Origin: Saprolegnia diclina VS20
Lineage: Eukaryota
Reading direction: 5' to 3'
Length of the DNA stretch: 21,455 nt
NCBI RefSeq assembly: GCF_000281045.1
Contig: NW_008246083.1
Coordinates: 190,906-212,360, forward strand
The notes under the pieces were generated by a model, which worked only from the letters and a program-made list of their open reading frames with translations, searched no databases and was not told the origin of the DNA. A program made the translations under genes and the position numbers. The number at the start of each line of letters is the position of its first letter. The stretch's first letter is position 1. This document shows positions 8,536 to 18,213 of this stretch, one piece after another.

Positions 8536-9714
8536 ATGAATGAACCTGCAAAACTGCAACCTCTGAAAGATCGATTTCTGCCAATGCTGCATGCGTCATT
8601 AGGGGGCACCGACCCGTCACGCCTCCTGCCGCCACCCGCCGACGAGCCGCCCGCGCACGCTCTGACCAAGGCCAGCGCCCGGGCGCTCCTTGACACGACC
8701 AGCGTCTTTAGCATTGAGCGCCTCCAAGAGCTCGTGTTCCAGGGCCTCGACACCGACCCAAGCTTGCGGCCAGTCGCGTGGCGCGTGCTCCTTGGCCTAC
8801 TCGGGAACCGCCCTGCGCAGTGGGCGACCGACGTGGCGGGCAAGCGACAAGCGTACGAAGGCCTGCACGAGCAGTTTCTTCCGCCGCCGCCCGACCACGC
8901 GCTCTTCAAGGACATTCAAAAAGTACATGCACCAAGATGGCGCCTCGCTTACCTCTCGTGCGCTCGTAGGACGTGGCGCGAACGCATGTGCAGCTGTCGG
9001 CTCGTGGCATCGACTGGATGCTGCGAATTCTCTACGTGTTTGCTGTCGCGCACCCCGAGGTCGGGTACATGCAAGGCATGCACGAGGTGCTTGCGCCCAT
9101 CATCTATGTCTTCAACGGCGACGCCTCGATCGAGTGGCAGGCGCACGGCGAGGCCGATGCCTTTGCTGTCTTTGAGACGCTCATGCAAGCGCTGGCGCCA
9201 CTGCACTTGCCGTCCAAGTCGGTGCCGACCAAGACGGGTATCCAGGTGCAAATGACACGCCTGAACATGCTGCTGCGGCAGCACGACGCTCGCTTGTGGC
9301 AGCACCTCGTACGTACAGCCGTCGAACATTTTGGCTAGGGCTCACGGGATGTAGAACTCGGTGGCGCTGACGCCCGAGTATTACAGCTTTCGCTGGTACA
9401 TCACGCTCTTCTCGCGCGAGTTTGCAATCGACGAGACGCTGCGGATATGGGACGCACTCCTCGCCGACAAGAAGCGCTTTGCATTCCTGCATTATGTCTG
9501 CGTGGCCATGATCATCTCGCATCGGTCGGTGCTTTTGCACCGCGAAGCCGACTTTGGCTCGTGCCTCACGGTTCTGCAGAGCGAGCCGCCCATCTCGGCT
9601 CAAGCGCTACTAGAGCAAGCGCTGCATTTGCGCAACGTCGACCGGGCCGCCGACACCGTCGCGCGTCAGCGTCTCGACGGTCGCCGCGTGGTCTCGCCCG
9701 TGCGAAAAGTCTAG
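8536..9714 (+). CDS. TBC1D13: TBC-domain Rab GTPase-activating protein, TBC1D13-like (~361 aa)
   Basis: Exons 8536-8922, 8970-9308 and 9355-9714; phase-0 introns 8923-8969 (47 nt) and 9309-9354 (46 nt). Motifs: LRPVAWRVLLG, arginine finger IQK|DVART (split by intron 1), glutamine finger YMQGMHE, WQAHGEADAF, FRWYITLFSREF..TLRIWDALLAD..RFAFL. The start could instead be the ATG at 8584. Confidence 0.88.
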
Positions 9715-9985
9715 CGAATCTGCGTCTATCTTTTCCCTACACTGCCACGAGGTATCCGGCGGATCGATCATGGATAGATCCATGGGTCACCTTGAGATCG
9801 ATGTGTCATTTCTTGAATGACTACCGAGTTGAGCATGTCGTTCAAACGAGGTGAATAGTATATGCGTTTTTGTATGGTATATTGAAAGTGAGTTGATACG
9901 GTGAAACGGTGTGGCAGTTCGAATTTGCGATCACCGGAAGAAAGGACGTGAGACCCAAGACCAAGCGGTTGACGAGGCCAGCTGC

Positions 9986-10600
9986 ATGCATCGATCGTAC
10001 TGGACCGCGACCGCGGGGATCGTTGCCTTTGGATGGACTGCATGGAACCGCTGGCGGAAGCGCGGCTGCCGACCCGCGACGCGCCAGCAGCATCCGCCCA
10101 CGCCCGACCTGTCGCGCCGAGGTGCTCGAAAACACAGTGGCATGGAGACGTACGAAGCCATTGCCACAAAGCTCGAGCTCATGGAGGCAGCTGTTGTCGC
10201 TGTGCCGAGCGATCGACGGTACGAGAGGCTCGCCCGCCTCGTCGATGTCAACGGAATCGACAGCCTCGTGCCGAGCAAGTACGTGTACGGTCGCCTCGGT
10301 CCCACATCATGGGACGCTCGCCACTACTTTGAGACCGCCCGCGGCACGATTGAAGTCGAAGTCTCGTGGCAGATGCTGGCCCAGCGAACGTTGCTGCCAG
10401 CAGCCATTGCTTGTGGTGAACGCTGGCAGGTAGCCCTACCACTGGCCCTAGCGACGTCCAACGAATACCAATTGCATCCGCGACTGGCAGCCTTGTCGCC
10501 GGCCGGCTTGTGCGCTCTCGGGTACTTCTTCCGACCTCCGCGATCGCCGCCTATACGACCACAGCTGCGCCACTTGACCAATGCAGCACACGCCTCATAA
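9986..10600 (+). CDS. Hypothetical protein (~204 aa) with a short N-terminal hydrophobic/aromatic segment followed by basic residues
   Basis: ORF from ATG 9986 (MHRSYWTATAGIVAFGWTAWNRWRKR...) fills the gap between the TBC and PPIL4 genes and is flanked by AT-richer spacers. The middle looks globular, but no domain was recognised. Confidence 0.5.
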   Translation: MHRSYWTATAGIVAFGWTAWNRWRKRGCRPATRQQHPPTPDLSRRGARKHSGMETYEAIATKLELMEAAVVAVPSDRRYERLARLVDVNGIDSLVPSKYVYGRLGPTSWDARHYFETARGTIEVEVSWQMLAQRTLLPAAIACGERWQVALPLALATSNEYQLHPRLAALSPAGLCALGYFFRPPRSPPIRPQLRHLTNAAHAS

Positions 10601-10726
10601 CATATTTGACTCAGTACATTCTAATTCTGGCTCCAGTACGAATTAAAACGCCAATTCCTAGTTGCGTGCTTTTAGCTGGTACGAATTGTCTCGTCCAATC
10701 GCAGTTACGTGGACGGTCACGAAGCC

Positions 10727-12046
10727 ATGTCGGTCCTCCTGCAGACATCGCTGGGCGAGGTCGTCGTCGATTTGCGCGTCAAGGAGGCGCCACGTACGTG
10801 CCTCAACTTCCTCAAGCTCTGCAAGCTCAAGTACTACAACAATGTGCTCTTCTTCAACGTGCAAGAGAACCTGCTCGTGCAGACGGGCGACCCGACGGGC
10901 ACGGGCTCGGGCGGCGACTCGGTCTTCCACGTGCTCGAACCGCGCCAGCCGCGCGCCTTTCCGGACGAGCTAGGCCTTAAGAAGCAGGTGCTGTCCAAAG
11001 GCTGCCTCTGCATGGCCAACACGGGCCCGGACTCGAACACGAGCCAGTTCTTCGTCACGATGCGCGACGACGATCTGACACAATTCGCGGGCAACACGCT
11101 CTTTGGCCACGTTGTCGAGGGCCTCGAAATCCTCCAGTCGATCAGCGAGCTCTACGCCGATAGCCACGGCCGGCCATACCAGGACTGCCGTATCTTGCAT
11201 ACATTTGTACTCGACGACCCGTTCCCGGATCCGCCGGGCCTCGTCGAGCCGCCGTCGTCGCCGACGCACGAGCGCCCGCCAACCGAGTCGGTCGAAGTCC
11301 GGCTGAGTGTCTTGGACAAGCTCGACGAGTACGAGGGCAAGACGGAAGAAGAGGTTGCGATCATGCAGCGGGACCGCGAAGCCAAGTCGCGCAGTGTGTT
11401 TCTCGAGATCATTGGCGACTTGCCGGACGCAGACGTCAAGCCGCCCGAGGAAGTCCTCTTCTTGTGCAAGCTCAACCCTGTGACGACGGCCGAGGACCTC
11501 GAGCTCATTTTTTCGCGCTTTGGTCCGTGCACGGCCCACATCATCCTCGACTACAAGACCGGCGACAGTCTCTGCTTTGGTTTCGTCGAGTTCACCGACA
11601 AGGAGCACTGTATCGAAGCGTGCTTCAAGATGAACAACGTGCTTATTGACGACCGGCGTGTCAAAGTCGACTTTTCCCAGTCGGTCTCCAAGCTCTGGAA
11701 CAAATTTCGCCGCAACGAAAAGCAGTCCAAGGAGATCGACCCTACCCCCGAAGACGAGGCAGCCAAGCGTCCCGCCAAGTACGACTTTGTGGACGAACCA
11801 GAGCGCCGCCGGGACGACCACAAGCGCAGCCACCGGCGGGACGAGCTCAAGAAGGCGGAAGTCCGTCGGGACGACCGGAAAACCGAGAGTCGCCGCCGAG
11901 ACGACGACCGCCGCCATCGCAGCCGCGACCGCAGTGATCGGCGCGAAGACCGCAAGCGCAGCGAAGAGCGTGGTCGGTCCCGTCGCAGCCGGTCCCGCGA
12001 GAGCCGCCACAAGTCGCGGTCGCGCGACCGGTCCGATCGACGTTAA
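10727..12046 (+). CDS. PPIL4: Cyclophilin-RRM protein PPIL4/CYP59/Rct1 (439 aa)
   Basis: Intronless. Cyclophilin domain MSVLLQTSLGEVVVDL..NFLKLCKLKYYN..QTGDPTGTGSGG..SQFFVT..FGHVVEG..RILHTFVLDDPFPDP; RRM PPEEVLFLCKLNPVTTAEDLELIFSRFG..DYKTGDSLCFGFVEF..KMNNVLIDDRRVKVDFSQSVSK; RD/RS-rich tail. Confidence 0.95.
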   Translation: MSVLLQTSLGEVVVDLRVKEAPRTCLNFLKLCKLKYYNNVLFFNVQENLLVQTGDPTGTGSGGDSVFHVLEPRQPRAFPDELGLKKQVLSKGCLCMANTGPDSNTSQFFVTMRDDDLTQFAGNTLFGHVVEGLEILQSISELYADSHGRPYQDCRILHTFVLDDPFPDPPGLVEPPSSPTHERPPTESVEVRLSVLDKLDEYEGKTEEEVAIMQRDREAKSRSVFLEIIGDLPDADVKPPEEVLFLCKLNPVTTAEDLELIFSRFGPCTAHIILDYKTGDSLCFGFVEFTDKEHCIEACFKMNNVLIDDRRVKVDFSQSVSKLWNKFRRNEKQSKEIDPTPEDEAAKRPAKYDFVDEPERRRDDHKRSHRRDELKKAEVRRDDRKTESRRRDDDRRHRSRDRSDRREDRKRSEERGRSRRSRSRESRHKSRSRDRSDRR

Positions 12047-12293
12047 GAGATATTGCTGTATATAATGGCTCCCGCTCCATTTTGAACCTCCTTGGTACGG
12101 GACGAGGTAGTATAGAGTCACAGCGAGGACCATGAAGTTGCTGTCGGGTGGTAGAACGGGCACGTGAGATGTCGTAGAGGCTGCCTTTCGAGTCTGATGG
12201 TAGCGTATGGGACGAGCCCGATTCCTAGTAGATCTTAGAGCACTAACCGACCGCGATAACGACGTCGCTTGGTGATATTCGTTTCACATTGCT

Positions 12294-15200
12294 ATGCACT
12301 GGTGGGTCGGCGGCGGGTACCTGGCCTTTACGATCGGCTGCAGTGTCGCGTACTTGGTGCTTGTCGCTGAGAGTTTGACCAACGACCTCTTCTGGCCCGA
12401 CTTTGTGCCGGTCGGCGGCCAGCTCTTGCTCGTCGACTTGTTTCACCGCCTGCGCCGCGCCTCGACCTTCGACTTGTACGCGGTGCCCATGCTCAAGACG
12501 TACAACGCGCCGTGTGCTGTGAGTGAGATGCTCTCGACGACGCCGCGTGCGATTGCACTTGCCCAGCTGACGTCGATCGAAGATGCGATTCTGGGCTTTC
12601 GGGCACTCGACGCCGCCTACAGCTTGAATCTCATGTCGCAGTACTGCTTTGTCGACCTTCCTCGGCGCTGGGAGCTTGCGCACACGTCCGCGCGCCAAGC
12701 CCGGTGCCATCGCGCGGCGTTGGCGGGCAATGGCGCCGTGTACCTCGAGACCCTATTGCGCAATGTCGAGTGGGCCCAATGGATCGCTGTGTACGCGACA
12801 AGCTTCCAACTGGCGGTTGCTGACGAGCTCGAACGCTCCAACGACGGTGTCGCGTGGCTGCAAAATGTGCAGAACGCGTTCGAGTCGGTCGCGACGGAAG
12901 CCCACTACTGGCGCTCGCAAGGCATCCAGCGCTACCAGCTGCAGTGGAGCAACGACGTGCAGTTTGGCTTGCACGAAACCATCTCGCTCGTCAACGCCCT
13001 TGGGACCGTGCAGGTGCTCACGACGTACAACTTGCCATTTTCCCATCGAGGTATCCCGACATTTGATCGGCCACGATGACTCGAGTGCGATACATTAGGT
13101 TCGTTGTGGACCTCGTTCTACCAGCAGTGGGGCTTCTTTGACGATCTCTGGGCCGCCTCGGTGGTCAACGGCAGCTTGGTACGAAGCGCGGCGAACTTCA
13201 TGGGCGACAACGAGACGAGCATGGAGGCGCTCGCGGCGCTCTATCCGTTCACACGCGCCAGTATTTGCATCCGCGCGGCTCTCGGGCCCTTTGTCTCGAC
13301 CGACATGTACCTTCTTCCGCCGCCAGCCTCACTACTGAGCGCTGTCAGTATACTGGAAGCAAGCGTATCGACCCTCATCGATGCCGTGGCGTTTGCACAG
13401 CTCGTACCTGAAGTGCTCGACCCGATCCCAATGACGTGGCAGGACCACAGCGATGCAATCTACTTTGGCGGGAATCCATTCTGCGCCCTCATGCCCGGTG
13501 CCACCTTTGTTCAACCGTCATTTGCATTTGACGCGACGTGCACGACGATGACACCGGCGTCCGTGCTGGTGACACCGATGGCCGCGGCGTTTGCGACGGC
13601 GGTGGCAGGCACATCGCGCGTGGCCTGCAATGCCTGTCGCACGCTAGCACCTGCATGCCGGGAGCTTGTATCGCAGCTGGCGCATCTCTTGGACGATGCC
13701 AATGTGTCATCGCCCGATGGCATGTCGCTCGTCCAGAGTGAGATTGCGAATCTCGGCGTCGAGTTGATCCAGTTTGCTCTTGTCAACCATAGCGACAATA
13801 CCGTCTATCGGCAACCGCTGCTCGGAGAGGACTATGCCTTCTTTGGCTACATCATGCTCTACGAGTGGGCGATCGGGCACCGCGAAGTCGTCTCGTTTCA
13901 TGGTGACGTCACGACGTTTGTGCTCATGTCGGAGCCGCTGACGCCCTTGCCGCTGGCCTTGAGCGCCAACGAGATTCCCCACAGCACGAGCCGCTACTTT
14001 TGGCTGCTTGCAGTCATCACCACCATTGGTTTAGCGGGTCTCGCACTGGTACTGCTCTTGCTGGGCGCGCGGCACTGGCGAAACAAGGCGATTCTGCGCT
14101 TCAATCGCATTGCTGCGCCGGTGTGGATTGGGCGGCCGCTCCTCCTCGTCCGTAGCATCACGGGTATCATGGTGCTGAGCACGGCGCCCATCGCTTTTGA
14201 CGCCTCGGTCGGCCGCGGTACATTTTATGCCGCGCCCCGTTCTCTCCCGGCGACACTACTGATTGCGGGCGAAGCCGTGTGGCTGACGTACGTCATCACG
14301 GACCTTCTCGTCATCGTGACGGAGCCCTACACAAAGTATTACGCGCCGCTCGGTAGTGTCCTCAGCTGGATCGCAGTCGCTGCCCTCGAGATGACACAAG
14401 CCGTGACGCCCGAGGTGTCGGTCGCGCAGACCTGCACCCGGACAAACGTCAATGTGCTACTCACATGCTCGATCGGTACGGTTCGCATTGGGTCGGTCAC
14501 GCGTGTGCTTTGCATTTGTCTTTGCCAAGTCGCGTCGCTGCTTGTCGCGTATGGGCTTGTACGTCTAACTTTTCGACGCCGCCCGCCTCGGCCACCCCCG
14601 ATAACGTCGTACATTATCCCTGCGAGTCTTGTGGCCTTCACCGACGCGCCCGTCGATGCATGGGCCATGCACCGCGTGGTCGCATTGCTCAGTGGGTCGC
14701 TGCGACTCCGGCCGCACTGGTTCTTTGACGTCAAGCTATGGCGCGTCTTTGAAAAGGAGATAGGTCCGCGCGAAGTGGTGCTCCAAGATTTGCTAATTGA
14801 GATCCCAAGCAGTCGCCTGCACCGGTACAAGCGGCGTGTGACGCTCGGTTTTGGGCTCACGTACCTCGTGGCGACGGTGGGCAGCAGTCTCTCGTACCTA
14901 CAACTCTCGACCGTGAGCTTGGCCAACGACTTTTACTGGGCGACCTTCAACACCACTGGCGCGCACACGTATGTGGCCAACTGGTTCAATCGGTACCTCT
15001 ACCTGAACCCGACGCTGCTCAACGCATCGCTTGCCAATGACGCGTATGGCGACACGATCAACTATGGTGACGCATCTGCCGTCATTGCCTACTCGACGCT
15101 CTACGCCAAGAAGGTGCATTTCGAAGTCACAAGTGATTTGGCACTGGCGATTCATGGACTTCGGCAAACCGACCCATGTCTGATGCCTTGGATCGCCACG

Positions 15201-17480
15201 CAGTACTGTTGGCTCGACCTGGATCGTCGCTGGGCCATGGCCAACTCCATCAAGCGACAAGCGCGCTGCGAGAAGTCCTATACAGCAAACGCCGCCGTCT
15301 ACCTCGAGGCGCCACTGAGAAATGCCAACTGGCAAGACTTTGAGGTTTGCTGGGGCACGTCGTTCGACATTGGATTTGGCGAGCACCTCAAACGCGATGT
15401 ATCGGGACGTAACTGGCTAGAGACGCTAGAGTCTAATGGCCGCTCGGAGCTGGACGAAGGTGCCTACTGGCAGTCGAAAGGCCTCTTGACGTACACAGTG
15501 CAGTGGCAAAACTACAAAACGATCGGGCTCGTTGACACCTTCGCGATCGAAAATGCCTTTGGACTGACGTACGCGCTCACGCTCAAGGCGACAACAGGCC
15601 TCTTTCATATCAAGATGCAAACCTCGATGAAGATGTACTGGAGCTTTGCAAGTGATCTCTGGGCGGTGGCCACCAACGGCTCGGGTATCCACGGTCGATC
15701 GCTGCTCCGATCGAGCTCTAACTTTGCGTTTGCCAACACGACGCCGAAGGTCATCTACGTCATCAACAACACACTCTCATCCCCACGCGATGCGGCGCTT
15801 CAAGCATTCGAGATATTTCTGGGGCCGTTTGGGTCCGTGGATCTGCGCTACGTCTCGCCACCAGTCTCCCTTTTGCAGCTACAACAACCAATTCTCGAAG
15901 CCCTCAGTGTAGTATTGGTTGCTGGGACGGACCGCGACGCGGCGCAGGCAGCGTACAACCACATGAGCATCCTCGGTGTGCTCGTGCCACGACCACTCGC
16001 CTTGGACCCTTCTCAGGTCGCATGCCTCGGTGGCAGTCTTCTCTGCGGTGCGGTGCCCCGGGCCATGAACTTTTCATATGGCATGGGCAGCTTCTTTACG
16101 GCTGACGCTGCGTGCACGACCGGCTACAACGAGTGGAATTACGTCTTCAAGCCGCAGGTTCTTTTCGCTGCGATCGCGTCGGGCCTTGCGCTGCACATGC
16201 CGTCGGCCGCCACCACGGCCTGTCTCTCGGAAGCGGTGGATCCGGTCGGGTGCCACACCTCGCTTCGAAGCATCAGCGAGTTTGTGAGTACATACTTTAC
16301 CAGTGCGGCACTGCGCTCGTGGGAAGCGCACGCCGTCCCCGTGACACGTGACATCGCCGCGCTGGAGGTCGCGATCGCCCAGATCACCGAGGACGGTCGC
16401 GGCGCCAAGCTCTTTCATCAACGCCTCTTTGCGCCAGAGGACCCGACGATGCATTTCACCATGTGGACGTTTGCATACGACTGGGCGATTGGTGTTCGTG
16501 AAGTCGTCGTATTTGATGGTGACACTGCGTCCGTCACTGTCCTCTCGGCGACCACGCCCATGTCCACGGCCGCGGCCAGCCCATACGAGCTACCTTCCAA
16601 CGTTGCCGTGTACTTCCGAGCGCTGTGCCAGTACATATCGCTCGTGCTCCTCCTACTGGCGCTCCTCGCGGTCGTCTACACGGTCCTCAACGGCTTTACA
16701 AGCGACGGGCGCAACCTCTGGAAGGTCAACCGCGTCGGCGGCATGGTCTGGGTCGGTCGGCCGCTCCTCTTTCTGCGAAGTGTTACCGCGCTCTGCATTT
16801 TGAGCAGCGCCGACCTCTCGCTGCAGCGCGTTGGCGACGTCACTCGGTTCGTGACACCCAAAGTCACGCCCCTCACGATCGTCACCAAGGTGCTCGTGGC
16901 CGGCGAAGGCTGCTGGCTTGCGTACATTGCTTGTGACATGTGCATGGTATTTACAAAAGAGTACACAACGTCGTACGCAGGCAAGGCGGCTGTCGCCGTG
17001 TGGGCCCTCGCCGCGCTTCTAAGTACCCTGAGTCCCGTCATGCACCGCGCCTCCATTGAACGTCGCTGTCGCGTGGTCGCGACCGACTTGCAGCTCACGT
17101 GTGCCAGCGGCGTCGTGACCATTGGCAGCCAGTCGCGGCTGCTAAGCTTGGCGCTAATTGCGCTGCTTGCGCCGTTTCTTCTCTACCTCCATGATCGCGT
17201 CCGGTATTCGATGTCGCCGCCCACCTCTCGGCCGTCGTACATGCTGTCTTGCGGCGCCGAGTATCTCTTTGCAACTGACGGGTGGGTTGCTGGCGGCGTG
17301 CGCTACGTGGACTTTGCGTCGGCGGCGCTCACGGGGCTACTCGTATTCCCGTACAGGCGCCATATCTACGTGTTTGACATCAAAACGTGGCGCCTTCTCG
17401 TGCTGAATAACGACGCGCCCATTGACGAGAGAGTCGCGGGCCAAGTCCACCTCGTGCGCGCACTTGCTTGCGTCGAGTAG
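12294..17480 (+). CDS. Large internally duplicated multi-pass membrane protein of unknown function (~1712 aa), Saprolegniales-type family
   Basis: Exons 12294-13050 and 13099-17480 are joined by phase-1 intron 13051-13098 (GTATCC..TTAG, 48 nt). There are two homologous units (A ~12294-14750, B ~14840-17480). Each has TM-L[TA]ND.[FY]W..F, QYC..D..RRW..A....RQARC, N.AVYLE..LRN, GPF.S.D, Y[ED]WAIG.REVV.F.GD, NR....VW.GRPLL..RS.T, AGE..WL.Y...D, a C..C loop, and FD.K.WR. Confidence 0.88.
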
Positions 17481-18213
17481 GATGATCGCGATACAAGTCC
17501 AGTTGAACAGGAACGGAAGATTCACTTGACGCGCCATTCGGACCTTATGGGGTGCCTGCTGCCGTAGCCTCCGCTGCTGAGCTCATCGTACCCGACGTCA
17601 TCCAACCCAAGTATTGGCTACAAAGTGATGCTTTGCACGGTCAAAATTTAAGCCGACTTGCAGTGGCTCGACAGGGTGGACTGCGTATATATTTTTGCTT
17701 TTGAGCACGAGCCGTACCGCTACTTGCGTGTCGACAGCATTCGACGTCTTGAGCCGTCGACGACGCCTCTCGATACGAGACCTAGATGTATTGAAGCCGT
17801 GTCCGCCAATACGCATGAGCGTCATGACTCCTGGAAGCTTGAGCTTTGTCTACGCAGTCTACGTGCGTCGTCCAGATAAGATACGGCAGGGGTGGATAAG
17901 GTGAAGAAGTATCAGATCGAGTATCAGATACAGTCGTCTCGCAGCCAAAGGACTCATGGGCAGTACCACTTCTTCCAGATTCACTGTCTAGACAGCCTAG
18001 TCACTTCTAAAGCGTCGCACGTAATAACTCAAGTGTCTGCTTCCTGGGCGATGACTCCTCTCGCTGCGGTGCTTGGGTTGCCCTGAAAGCCACCACATCG
18101 GGCACGATCGCAACCTAGAGCGCGCTACTATCTCGTACAGCGCTTGTGCATATGATAGTACAGTAGACATACTCTATCATCGTACTCGATAGCGAAAGAT
18201 TTGGCTCGAATTG

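Noticed and set aside
9900..9935. GTTCGAAT within a small hairpin, resembling a tRNA T-arm or B-box
   Set aside because: No D-arm, anticodon arm or 7-bp acceptor stem can be formed, and the span is too short for a tRNA.
10970..12163. 397-aa minus-strand ORF
   Set aside because: Antisense shadow of the codon-biased PPIL4 gene.
17481..18213. Short ORFs between the two convergent membrane-protein genes
   Set aside because: All are under 80 aa in mixed frames with no recognisable motif. A decayed gene fragment cannot be excluded but is unsupported.
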